Part shown: positions 1 to 8,498 of the stretch, piece by piece | Numbering within the stretch: the stretch's first letter is position 1 | Layout: each line of letters begins with the position of its first letter | Source of the DNA: Pseudomonas sp. 14P_8.1_Bac3 | GTDB lineage: Bacteria; Pseudomonadota; Gammaproteobacteria; Pseudomonadales; Pseudomonadaceae | DNA length: 30,000 nt | Assembly: GCF_025466085.1 (NCBI RefSeq) | Contig: NZ_JANLOD010000032.1 | Coordinates: 166,482-196,481 of the forward strand | Direction: 5' to 3' | The notes under the pieces: model-generated | Told to the model about the DNA's origin: nothing | What the model saw: the letters and a program-made list of their open reading frames with translations, nothing else | Databases searched by the model: none | Position numbers and translations under genes: made by a program

Positions 1-2781
1 GCAGGATGGAACGGCATCGGTTTCGTGATCCAGGCCTACCAGAAGCGTTGCCCGTACGTGATCGACTACGTGATTGACCTGGCGCGTCGCAGCCGTCATC
101 GCCTGATGATCCGCCTGGTGAAGGGCGCGTACTGGGACAGTGAAATCAAGCGTGCTCAGGTTGAGGGGCTTGAAGGTTATCCCGTCTATACGCGCAAGGT
201 GTATACCGACGTTTCCTACATTGCGTGCGCACGTAAGTTATTGACTGTTCCTGAAGCCATCTATCCGCAATTTGCGACCCACAATGCCCATACCTTGTCG
301 GCCATTTATCACATCGCCGGTCAGAACTATTACCCCGGCCAGTACGAGTTCCAGTGCCTGCACGGCATGGGTGAACCGCTGTACGAGCAGGTTGTAGGCA
401 AAGTTTACGAAGGCAAGCTGAACCGCCCATGCCGTGTCTATGCCCCCGTTGGCACCCATGAAACGCTCCTGGCCTATCTGGTTCGTCGTCTGCTCGAAAA
501 CGGCGCGAACTCCTCATTCGTCAACCGCATTGCTGACCATTCCATCACCATCCAGGAACTGATTGCAGATCCCGTGCTGACAGTAGATGCGATGGCTTTT
601 GAGGATGGCGCTTATGGTCTGCCTCATCCAAAAATTTCGTTGCCTCGGGATTTGTATGGTGCGGACCGGGCGAACTCTTCCGGGATCGACTTGGCGAATG
701 AGCATCGCCTGGCTTCACTATCCTGCGCGTTGCTCGCAACCGCGAACGCTGAATGGACGGCTGCGCCTATGTTAGGCGGCGTGGGCCGCCCCGGTGATCT
801 AAAGCCAGTCTGCAACCCTTCGGATCTGCGTGATGTGGTCGGTCACGTGCAACCGGCTGATCTTGAGGATGTTGAACAGGCACTTGGGTATGCCATCAGC
901 GCGGCCCCTATCTGGCAGGCAACACCGGTTAGCGAGCGTGCTCAAATACTGGAGCGGGCTGCAGATCTGATGGAGGCAGAAATTCAACCTCTTATGGGAT
1001 TGCTGGTGCGGGAGGCCGGTAAAACATACGCCAATGCAATTGCCGAAGTGCGAGAGGCCGTCGATTTTCTTCGATATTACGCTGTGCAAGCGCGCAGGGA
1101 TTTTACCAATGATGCCCATCGGCCATTGGGCCCGGTCGTTTGCATCAGTCCCTGGAACTTCCCGCTGGCGATTTTTACCGGGCAGGTTGCTGCCGCATTG
1201 GCAGCCGGTAATCCGGTGTTGGCCAAGCCGGCGGAGCAAACTTCATTGATCGCTGCACAAGCTGTTCGCATCTTGCTTGATGCCGGTATTCCAAGGGGTG
1301 TGCTGCAGCTGTTGCCTGGTCGTGGCAGTGTGATTGGTGCCGCTCTGATCAGTGATGACAGGGTGAAAGGTGTCATGTTTACCGGTTCGACGGAGGTAGC
1401 CCGCCTGCTGCAAAAAAATATAGCCGGGCGCCTCGACGCTCTGGGCCGTCCAGTTCCGTTAATTGCGGAAACGGGTGGGCAGAACGCAATGATCGTTGAT
1501 TCATCTGCTCTGACCGAGCAAGTCGTCACTGACGTGGTTGCTTCTGCGTTCGACAGCGCTGGTCAGCGATGCTCTGCGCTGAGAGTGCTGTGCCTGCAGG
1601 ACGATTCGGCAGATCGAGTGATCGAGATGTTGAAGGGCGCGATGGCTGAATGCAGGCAAGGCAATCCGGACCGGCTATGTGTGGATATCGGGCCAGTCAT
1701 CGATGCCGAGGCGAAAGCGGGGATCGACAAACACATTGAGAGCATGCGTGCCAAAGGCCGCCCGGTGTACCAGACGTCGATCATGGCGGGGGAGGATGTT
1801 CGTCGAGGAACATTTGTCCAGCCAACACTGATCGAGTTGGAAAGTATCGACGAACTGGAGCGAGAAATTTTCGGGCCTGTACTCCACGTAGTTCGTTATA
1901 GCCGCAAAAATCTGGATCAATTGATCCAACACATCAACGGTTCAGGGTACGGGCTGACCTTGGGCGTACACACTCGCATCGACGAAACCATCGCCAAAGT
2001 CGTTGGCAATGTTCACGCGGGCAACGTCTATGTAAACCGTAACATCGTGGGCGCAGTGGTCGGCGTTCAGCCATTCGGTGGGGAAGGGCTATCGGGTACG
2101 GGGCCGAAGGCAGGAGGGCCGCTCTATATGTACCGCCTTCTGTCGACAAGACCGGAACACGCTTTATCTAAGGCATTTATTGCAGCAGACGAGCAAAACC
2201 CTCCTGAGCAAAGTGGTCGGGAACACTTGCTTTTACCACTGAAGTCCCTGGCCGACTGGGCTCATGCCAACAAAAACGAAGAACTGCATACCCTGTGCAG
2301 TAAGTTCGAAACCGAATCGCAAAGTGGACGGACGCGCGTGCTGACCGGGCCGACAGGGGAGCGAAATACCTACACCATACTGCCCCGGGCGCGAGTCCTT
2401 TGCATCGGCGATACCGAAGCCGATCTGTTGGCGCAACTTGCGGCAGTGCTTGCAGTCGGCAGTAAAGTCTTTTGGGTCGATAGTCCGCGAGTCAAAGCTC
2501 TGTTTGGCAAGCTTCCTGAGGCAGTGCAACGGGCTATATGCAAAGCCGCTGACTGGAGCAGTGGGACTGTGGAATTTGACGCGGTTCTTCATCATGGGCA
2601 TTCGGACCAGTTGCGTCATTTGTGCCAGATGATCGCTTCACGACCGGGGGCAATTATCAGTGTTCACGGCCTGTCTCCTGGTGAGAGTGATATTCCCCTT
2701 GAAAGGTTGGTTATTGAGCGGGCTGTCAGTGTCAACACGGCTGCGGCAGGTGGTAACGCAAGCCTGATGATGATCGGTTAA
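1..2781 (+). CDS. putA: Bifunctional proline dehydrogenase / 1-pyrroline-5-carboxylate dehydrogenase PutA, C-terminal part (5' end lies outside the window)
   Basis: Frame 1 is open from base 1 (AGWNGIGFVIQAYQKR...). It contains the end of the PRODH barrel and then an ALDH-type P5CDH domain with ETGGQNAMIVDSSAL and the catalytic-Cys motif GQRCSALRVL. The long C-terminal domain ending at TAA 2779-2781 is typical of long PutA proteins. Confidence 0.95.
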   Translation, partial: AGWNGIGFVIQAYQKRCPYVIDYVIDLARRSRHRLMIRLVKGAYWDSEIKRAQVEGLEGYPVYTRKVYTDVSYIACARKLLTVPEAIYPQFATHNAHTLSAIYHIAGQNYYPGQYEFQCLHGMGEPLYEQVVGKVYEGKLNRPCRVYAPVGTHETLLAYLVRRLLENGANSSFVNRIADHSITIQELIADPVLTVDAMAFEDGAYGLPHPKISLPRDLYGADRANSSGIDLANEHRLASLSCALLATANAEWTAAPMLGGVGRPGDLKPVCNPSDLRDVVGHVQPADLEDVEQALGYAISAAPIWQATPVSERAQILERAADLMEAEIQPLMGLLVREAGKTYANAIAEVREAVDFLRYYAVQARRDFTNDAHRPLGPVVCISPWNFPLAIFTGQVAAALAAGNPVLAKPAEQTSLIAAQAVRILLDAGIPRGVLQLLPGRGSVIGAALISDDRVKGVMFTGSTEVARLLQKNIAGRLDALGRPVPLIAETGGQNAMIVDSSALTEQVVTDVVASAFDSAGQRCSALRVLCLQDDSADRVIEMLKGAMAECRQGNPDRLCVDIGPVIDAEAKAGIDKHIESMRAKGRPVYQTSIMAGEDVRRGTFVQPTLIELESIDELEREIFGPVLHVVRYSRKNLDQLIQHINGSGYGLTLGVHTRIDETIAKVVGNVHAGNVYVNRNIVGAVVGVQPFGGEGLSGTGPKAGGPLYMYRLLSTRPEHALSKAFIAADEQNPPEQSGREHLLLPLKSLADWAHANKNEELHTLCSKFETESQSGRTRVLTGPTGERNTYTILPRARVLCIGDTEADLLAQLAAVLAVGSKVFWVDSPRVKALFGKLPEAVQRAICKAADWSSGTVEFDAVLHHGHSDQLRHLCQMIASRPGAIISVHGLSPGESDIPLERLVIERAVSVNTAAAGGNASLMMIG

Positions 2782-2864
2782 TCAAGGTAGAGGGGCTGAC
2801 AGGGAACGTTGGCCTCCTCATGCGAAATGGGTGAAACCATAGATATCCATGCGTAGGAGCAGTG

Positions 2865-4850
2865 ATGTTCAGACCCGTTCTAGCTTTGATGAACCGTGCG
2901 CGATACCTGCAGAAGTTTTCGCTGATATTCGCGGTGTTTATGCTTCCATTCTGTTGGTTGTCATTCGATAAGCTGGTGAGTATTTATCAAGAGCGCCAAT
3001 CCACTCAACTCGAATTGCAAGGCCTTGAAGCGGTTGGTAAAGCCTTGTCGGAATACCAGAGTGCCACGGAACTTGTGGGCCTCAGGGTCGTAGCACACGC
3101 ACGAAACAAGCCTGACGTCGCGGCACTCATCACAACGCAATTCGATGCACTCAAAGAACAAACGTCTGGGCTAAATGAATGGCTGGAAAGAAGTCCCTTC
3201 TCTGAGCATCTCGTTAACCCGGAATCCCCGGCGCCGACCACTGACGGTTCACAGCTCTTGAGCATGCAGTACACCGAGCAAGCTCGTGCGCTGCAGATAC
3301 GCTTGAATGCCATTAAGGAAATTGCTGCATCGGCACGCCTGAGTCAGGACGACAACCCGCTTGTCTACCGCAACATGGCGTTGCTACTCGATGAAATTTT
3401 GCCCCTGTACCAAGTCCTCGCGCAGACCCGAAGTTACGCGGGCTATGTCACCGCGTATGGTTATCTCGATTCGTCTACACAGTCGACAGTTGTGAATCAA
3501 CTGAACAACTTTGATCGGTTTGTTCAGGCAGGCAACCGAGGATTAGGGAATAGCGATGCACGTGCACTCATTGCTGATGCCGCTCAAGAAACTGCATCCA
3601 AATACAAATCCAGCATCATTGACCTGTACTCCGTTACGGGCTCGGTTTACCAAAAGTTGATGGGCACATGGCGTGACAGGTTCAACGACTACGCTCCTTT
3701 TCTTGCGAAGCTGGACCATGCCACCCAATTAACGTTGTCGGAAGCTGATGACCAGCTTCATGCTCGCTTGGCAAGCCATCAGCACAAGCTCGTGCTCTGG
3801 GTAATTGCGCTCATGACAACGGTCTTCGCGATTATTTACTTGTTTATCGGTTTTTATCTGTCTGTCCGACAAGCCATCCACGAAATCTCTAAAGCGACGC
3901 GTCTCCTCGCGGGAGGCGATCTGCGCTACACCATAAAATCTTTGGGCCGTGATGAACTGGGGGATCTGGCGCGAGACTTCAACCTCATGCAAGTACGTGT
4001 GCGTGAACTGATATCCGAGGTAAGGACTTTCTCCTCCTCAACGCAAGATAAAGCCGAGCATGTCAGCGAATACGCGCTTTCATCGCAACAAAGCGTAGAG
4101 CACCAGGCGATAAAATTAGGGTTGATTGCCACCTCAATGGTTGAGTTGGTTAGCAGCGTGCAGGAGGTCAGCGCCAGCTCCAACACAACTGCCGACAAAG
4201 CGAGCCAGGCAGGTCAGAAATGCTGTGACGGCAGTATTCAGGTTGGTCGAGCAATGGAGGGCATCAATAATTTGTTCCAGGAACTGAACGACTCGCTCGC
4301 TTCAATCAACGCTGTGGAAAATGAGAGCCAGGCAATTTCGAAGGCAGTAGGGCTCATTAAAAACGTATCAGAACAGACCAATCTGTTGGCACTTAACGCG
4401 GCCATCGAGGCTGCACGGGCCGGTGACCAGGGCCGAGGCTTTGCGGTGGTCGCTGATGAGGTGGGTAGCCTAGCTATTCACTCGCATAAGCTGACGGGAG
4501 AGATCTACGCCAACATTACCCGTCTGCAGCAAGAGGTTCTCAGCGCTGTCGCGACCATTCACAGTTGTCATACCAATGCATCCGCGACAGTTGAGGAGGT
4601 CTCTCGAGCGGCCGGGTTCTTTGACGACATTACCCACGGCATGAATCAAATCATCGATCACAACATCCAGATCGCCTCTGCGACAGAACAGCAGGCCTGT
4701 GTTGTACAGGGCGTTGAGCAAAATACTTTTGAGATTAAAGCTTTGAGTGAAAGCACAGCGAGCCAAGCGAGTAGTACGGTGAGCATCAGCCATGAGGTCG
4801 CTGAGATGACGCGGAAACTACACGGGCTCATTACCAATTTCAAAATGTGA
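2865..4850 (+). CDS. Methyl-accepting chemotaxis protein: two TM segments, a periplasmic helical sensor of about 270 aa, HAMP and an MCP signalling domain
   Basis: AGGAG at 2855-2859 lies 5 nt before ATG 2865; the track's GTG at 2862 is too close to it. TM1 is [17 protein letters not shown] and TM2 is [26 protein letters not shown]. The HAMP region is [29 protein letters not shown]. The hairpin-tip motif is [31 protein letters not shown]. Confidence 0.9.
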   Translation: MFRPVLALMNRARYLQKFSLIFAVFMLPFCWLSFDKLVSIYQERQSTQLELQGLEAVGKALSEYQSATELVGLRVVAHARNKPDVAALITTQFDALKEQTSGLNEWLERSPFSEHLVNPESPAPTTDGSQLLSMQYTEQARALQIRLNAIKEIAASARLSQDDNPLVYRNMALLLDEILPLYQVLAQTRSYAGYVTAYGYLDSSTQSTVVNQLNNFDRFVQAGNRGLGNSDARALIADAAQETASKYKSSIIDLYSVTGSVYQKLMGTWRDRFNDYAPFLAKLDHATQLTLSEADDQLHARLASHQHKLVLWVIALMTTVFAIIYLFIGFYLSVRQAIHEISKATRLLAGGDLRYTIKSLGRDELGDLARDFNLMQVRVRELISEVRTFSSSTQDKAEHVSEYALSSQQSVEHQAIKLGLIATSMVELVSSVQEVSASSNTTADKASQAGQKCCDGSIQVGRAMEGINNLFQELNDSLASINAVENESQAISKAVGLIKNVSEQTNLLALNAAIEAARAGDQGRGFAVVADEVGSLAIHSHKLTGEIYANITRLQQEVLSAVATIHSCHTNASATVEEVSRAAGFFDDITHGMNQIIDHNIQIASATEQQACVVQGVEQNTFEIKALSESTASQASSTVSISHEVAEMTRKLHGLITNFKM

Positions 4851-4911
4851 GTTCGCCATTCTTGCTCGTTCTTCTTTAGTTAGGGGAATTGCGCGGCCAG
4901 GACCCACAGGA

Positions 4912-5169
4912 TTACTCTTTGTTCTGCACTTCCCACCGACACCGATAGAAAAAGCTGACCGACACACCGGCCTTGCGGAATGATATTCGACCGACTAAAT
5001 CGCCATCCTCCTGGAGGATTCGGCCGGCATCGTTGGGAGTCAGCGGCTCGAGTTCTTTGATGGTGATTTTAGTAATGAAACGGACTCCCCTACATTTACC
5101 CCCACAAAAACGTCGGCTCTTGATGGACCTTAATGGACTCTCGTAGACCAGAACACCGCTGGAGCTCAA
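4912..5169 (-). pseudogene. Remnant of a tyrosine-integrase N-terminal arm-type DNA-binding region, truncated after about 60 informative residues
   Basis: The translation ...ITIKELEPLTPNDAGRILQEDGDLVGRISFRKAGVSVSFFYRCRWEVQNKE* follows the pattern of island/P4-type integrase N-termini (L-T-x-x-x-I, D-G-x-L-x-G-R-V, G-x-x-x-F-x-Y-R). No catalytic domain follows. The segment is AT-rich and abuts the MCP 3' end. The call is from memory of the family pattern only. Confidence 0.4.
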
Positions 5170-5235
5170 GTAAATACTCGCTTGGAAGAGTCCAGAGTTA
5201 GGTGTTGGAAGCTTTCAAGAAATATGAAAAAGAAG

Positions 5236-5280
5236 ATGGGGTGCTAGGGGTCGAGTGTTCGAATCACTCCGTCCCGACCA
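5236..5280 (+). tRNA. Partial tRNA-Pro(GGG): 3' half only, from anticodon loop to CCA. Not a functional gene; a probable att core.
   Basis: The sequence reads ATGGGGT (anticodon loop, GGG) GCTAG GGGTC GAGTG-TTCGAAT-CACTC (T arm) CGTCCCG A CCA. The upstream 32 nt contain no CGGGACG acceptor strand, no D arm and no CTAGC stem partner. Confidence 0.75.
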
Positions 5281-5296
5281 TATTTTTCAGTAACTT

Positions 5297-5326
5297 AGCC
5301 GAACTCTAGCCAGTTCGGCTTTTTTA
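5297..5326 (+). terminator. Rho-independent terminator downstream of the tRNA fragment
   Basis: The stem is AGCCGAACT (5297-5305) and AGTTCGGCT (5312-5320), a perfect 9 bp with the 6-nt loop CTAGCC. It is followed by a T-run at 5320-5325. Confidence 0.75.
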
Positions 5327-5349
5327 CGCGTAGGGACTTTTGCGGGGGA

Positions 5350-6546
5350 TCATCCCGTTTTCCTCCTCAAGATGGTCAGTGCCGGCCCTCGCGAATCGGT
5401 AGCTGACACTTTGTTTGCCGCGTCGATCAGTTGCCCAAGCTCTGCGGTAGAATAGTGGCTCGTAATGCTGCCATTCTTATGTCCAAGCAATGCCTTTCGA
5501 TCTTCTTCGGTCACGCCTGCTGCACGAAGCCTTCTGCCAAAGGTGTGCTTCAGGTCGTGGATCCTGATCGAGCGGAATCCAGGGTGTGCCGGCGAGCCGT
5601 GTTCTTTTTCCCACTTTGCCGCTGCTCGCACCCTGGCCTTTTTCCAGGCTGTGTCGTTCATCCGGTGAATCGCAGTAGGCCCAAACTGATCAGGCTGCCC
5701 ATAAGGGAAAACCAGATCACGGTGCAGGCCGCGCTGTCCGTCGATCACCGACATCGCAACCCTGTTCAGCACCACCAACCTTTCATCACCGTTTTTCACC
5801 CCCGCCTTTTCGTGCCGACCGCCAAACCCTGACGGAATTAGAAACACACTCGTTTCCAGCTCTGGCACTCGTATTTCCCAATCCCATCGCAACTTGCAGA
5901 CTTCCTGTTCGCGGGACCCCGTATTCACTTTGTAGAGGGCCATCCTCAATAGGTGATCAGGGATTTCCGCAAACAGCATGGACTGTTCTTCCCATGACAA
6001 TGGGTAGGGCTTCCTGCTTGATCGCTTTTCCTCCAGCATCGAGATCATCGGCACGCTCTCAAGCCACGGCCGCTTTTCTGCATCTCGCCACTTCCTGTGG
6101 CACAGGTTCAAGATTCGGACGACCCGCTGTAGGGCGATGTTGACCGTCCTGTTCGACACGCCCGGCTTTACTTTGCCGGTTGATGTCTTGCTGGGCTTCT
6201 GCCGATCTCGCTTGAAGGCGGAAAGCGTTCCGTCATCAATGTGCGTTATCGGCAAGTCGCCGATGTACGGGTCCAGCTGCTCGATGTGGGATGCGGACAA
6301 GGCAATTGACGCCTGGTCCTTGAAGTCCACCAGAAACTTCGTGGCAGCCTCCCGCCAGGTTCGCACCTGGCGCACACCGTAGACCTTTTCCTGTCGGAGC
6401 TTTTCCAAGCGATGAATCAGGTATTGCTCTGCTTCCTCCCTTTCGCTTGATCCAGTGCTTTCTTGAAGTCGCTGACCTCTGACGACTTTGTCGATGTGCC
6501 AAATCCCGTTCCTCTCGTAGAGACCGGAGATTGTTTTTCGCGCCAT
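5350..6546 (-). CDS. int: Tyrosine recombinase / phage-type integrase
   Basis: 398 aa. The C-terminal catalytic motifs are HDLKHTFGRRLRAAG (H-x-x-R) and LLGHKNGSITSHYS (H...Y). It reads toward the att fragment in a lambda-like arrangement. Confidence 0.92.
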   Translation of the reverse strand: MARKTISGLYERNGIWHIDKVVRGQRLQESTGSSEREEAEQYLIHRLEKLRQEKVYGVRQVRTWREAATKFLVDFKDQASIALSASHIEQLDPYIGDLPITHIDDGTLSAFKRDRQKPSKTSTGKVKPGVSNRTVNIALQRVVRILNLCHRKWRDAEKRPWLESVPMISMLEEKRSSRKPYPLSWEEQSMLFAEIPDHLLRMALYKVNTGSREQEVCKLRWDWEIRVPELETSVFLIPSGFGGRHEKAGVKNGDERLVVLNRVAMSVIDGQRGLHRDLVFPYGQPDQFGPTAIHRMNDTAWKKARVRAAAKWEKEHGSPAHPGFRSIRIHDLKHTFGRRLRAAGVTEEDRKALLGHKNGSITSHYSTAELGQLIDAANKVSATDSRGPALTILRRKTG

Positions 6547-6818
6547 TTATTGACTCCTTGGCGCCCACTGCGGGGCTGATTGTTGTCCTGATTGGCTGCT
6601 TTTTCAATTGCCATCGCCTCAACCCAGGCGTCCGCCCACTGGTCGAGCTCGATCCGATCGAAGCCGATACCCTGTTTTCCAATCGGGAATTCCCGGACAT
6701 TCGGCCGGACCGTTTTGTTGAATTCGTCCCGGCACATACCGAGGTAGCCGTACGCCTCACCGGCGCGAATGAAGCGCGGGAGGATGGGCGCGACCTGGGC
6801 CGCGCTGCGATTTGACAT
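6417..6818 (-). CDS. Xis/AlpA-like helix-turn-helix DNA-binding protein (putative excisionase) with a long basic tail
   Basis: GGAG lies 7 nt before ATG 6818. The N-terminal FIRAGEAYGYLGMCRDEFNKTVRPNVREFPIGKQGIGFDRIELDQWAD matches the prophage excisionase/AlpA pattern. The gene sits directly upstream of int. Its 3' 130 nt overlap int out of frame, so the true stop or extent is uncertain. Confidence 0.6.
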   Translation of the reverse strand: MSNRSAAQVAPILPRFIRAGEAYGYLGMCRDEFNKTVRPNVREFPIGKQGIGFDRIELDQWADAWVEAMAIEKAANQDNNQPRSGRQGVNKWREKQSPVSTRGTGFGTSTKSSEVSDFKKALDQAKGRKQSNT

Positions 6819-6855
6819 AGGGGAACTCCATGCCGCGCGTGGCGGCAGAAGGTGG

Positions 6856-7467
6856 TTATTGGGTGGCTTTGGCGATGGTTTGCTCGAAGCGCAAAGCGAG
6901 ATCGGCGTTTATCTCGGCCTTCTCCAAGCTTTCGGCGGTGCCCTTGGCGCGATGCAGTTGCTCGTATCGACGCAAGGTAGCGACAACCTCCTGCAGGTCG
7001 GCCAGCAATTCGTCGCGCTCGGCTGTGAGCCTGATCGCGTGCTGGCGCAGGTTGTCGGCATCATCCATCCACTCCTGGGCCATGATCTCGAAGTGCTCAG
7101 CGGGCTCCCAAGGAGATGGAATTACGTTCGTTACCCAGTCGCTCCACATCTCGACGCTTTCGCCACGGGCGATACGCTCGGCTTTCATCTGGTCGCCGCA
7201 TTCACGGATTTCTTTCGCGCGCCGCTCTGCATCCTCCTTGTCCATGCAGGGGTATTCCTCTCCTGGCCCTACGCTGTGAATTGCCCGGAGCTGCAAGGCT
7301 GGCTCAGCAAGGATGCCGCGGAGTTCGAGGATGTTGCTGGAGCACGCGCCCGTTTGCTCAAGTGCTGCCAGGCTTTGCTCTGCCAAGGCGCGCGGCATTG
7401 AGACAACCTCAATCGCAGGAGCAGACGGCGCGGTGAGGATCGCGATTTGTTCTTCAATTGTGAGCAC
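6856..7467 (-). CDS. Hypothetical prophage protein with a coiled-coil C-terminus
   Basis: 203 aa. GAGGA lies 6 nt before GTG 7467. The acidic, helical composition looks natural, whereas the opposite-strand ORF 6769-7401 has a typical antisense composition rich in L, G, R and A. No family was recognised. Confidence 0.6.
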   Translation of the reverse strand: MLTIEEQIAILTAPSAPAIEVVSMPRALAEQSLAALEQTGACSSNILELRGILAEPALQLRAIHSVGPGEEYPCMDKEDAERRAKEIRECGDQMKAERIARGESVEMWSDWVTNVIPSPWEPAEHFEIMAQEWMDDADNLRQHAIRLTAERDELLADLQEVVATLRRYEQLHRAKGTAESLEKAEINADLALRFEQTIAKATQ

Positions 7468-7606
7468 AGTTCATCCTCGCCCGCCGTACACCGGCAGCTT
7501 CGTAATCGTGGAACTCTTCGGGCCGCGGTTTCTTCTCGCGCCCCCAAGCGTCGTAGCGCCTGTCCCACTCTCGGGCCTGCGCGCCGTCTGCGTAGCTGGT
7601 TGCCAT
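7454..7606 (-). CDS. Small hypothetical protein (50 aa)
   Basis: A strong GGAGG (complement of 7612-7616) lies 5 nt before ATG 7606. The stop overlaps the start of the next gene by 14 nt, which suggests translational coupling. No family was recognised. Confidence 0.45.
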   Translation of the reverse strand: MATSYADGAQAREWDRRYDAWGREKKPRPEEFHDYEAAGVRRARMNCAHN

Positions 7607-7802
7607 GGTCGCCTCCAAGAGTGGCGGGTGTTGATCCAACAAAACTCGGCTGCACTCTTCCGTTCCGCTGGTTGCCGTTGGGCGCGGAGGGGAGTGCGTG
7701 CGGATTTGTTCGGAAGGGGGGGAGATGTAGAACTAAAGAAAACTCACACTGAACCGACAAACAGTTGGGCAATCGGCCTTATCGATCAGTGGAGAATTAC
7801 TC

Positions 7803-8201
7803 ATGGAGTCCAAGAAGGAAAAAGAACCTTGGAACTGGAGCAGAGAAGTCACATCCTGCACGATTGCCGCCATCGTGTTTGGTCTCTGGTACGGGTGGAT
7901 TCCTAATCCATTCAGATCGTCTCCAGACGATGCATTCCGTTCGTACTTGGTAAACACCACATACGTAAAAGACCCAGCATCCGCGCAGCTGAGAGCCGTA
8001 AAATCCAAAGATAATTTAAATTTTTGTGGCCAAATCAACGCAAAAGATGATTTTGGTGCTTACACGGGCTGGACGACTTTTTACTCGTCTTACACAAAAT
8101 CGGAGAAGCAGCTTTGGGTTTTCTTTGATCGTTTTAACGCCCCGGATCGAGTTGCTGAAATCCCGCAAGTCCGTGAAGTGATGAAGCGCTGCGGGATGTG
8201 A
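7803..8201 (+). CDS. Hypothetical single-pass membrane-anchored protein (132 aa) on a low-GC segment
   Basis: GGAGAA lies 7 nt before ATG 7803. There is one N-terminal TM segment (CTIAAIVFGLWYGWI), followed by a soluble domain containing VKDPASAQLR...FCGQINAKDDFGAYTGWTTFY. It is the only plus-strand gene in the element. Confidence 0.6.
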   Translation: MESKKEKEPWNWSREVTSCTIAAIVFGLWYGWIPNPFRSSPDDAFRSYLVNTTYVKDPASAQLRAVKSKDNLNFCGQINAKDDFGAYTGWTTFYSSYTKSEKQLWVFFDRFNAPDRVAEIPQVREVMKRCGM

Positions 8202-8249
8202 TTTTCGGCAGCCAAAAGCTGCATGCAGGTAATTGCAATAGGTCCGCAC

Positions 8250-8435
8250 TCAACCTTCGCAAGACCACTGGTGGTGATTTGCGTGTTCCTCGCTGCAGAA
8301 CGGCAGGGATTGCTGGCGTACGTACTTCTTCTTGCGCACCGGGTCGTACGCCTGATCGATGATGGTTTTGTAAACCGGTGGATCTGCAGGCTTGCCGCAC
8401 CTGGTGCATTTCGTTGGTGTCGCTGACTCATTCAT
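8250..8435 (-). CDS. Small Cys/His-rich (zinc-ribbon-like) protein, 61 aa
   Basis: GGAGA lies 8 nt before ATG 8435. The protein has CTRCG near the N-terminus and FCSEEHANHHQWSC near the C-terminus. The start was chosen at MNESAT rather than at the upstream extension in the track. Confidence 0.5.
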   Translation of the reverse strand: MNESATPTKCTRCGKPADPPVYKTIIDQAYDPVRKKKYVRQQSLPFCSEEHANHHQWSCEG

Positions 8436-8498
8436 GGCTGCTGTCTCCGGTTGTTTTCCCAATGCACCCGTCACCAGGTGCATCAGTGAAAAGGCCCG

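Noticed and set aside
5190-5280. Possibility of a complete tRNA gene ending at 5280
   Set aside because: The 5' acceptor strand (CGGGACG), the D arm and the 5' anticodon stem (CTAGC) are all absent from the upstream AT-rich sequence. Only the 45-nt 3' half is present.
6769-7401. 210-aa plus-strand ORF, and other overlapping ORFs at 6830-7279 and 7269-7906, in the prophage-remnant region
   Set aside because: The minus-strand ORFs have RBSs, coupled starts and natural composition. The plus-strand products are strings rich in L, G, R and A, typical of antisense frames.
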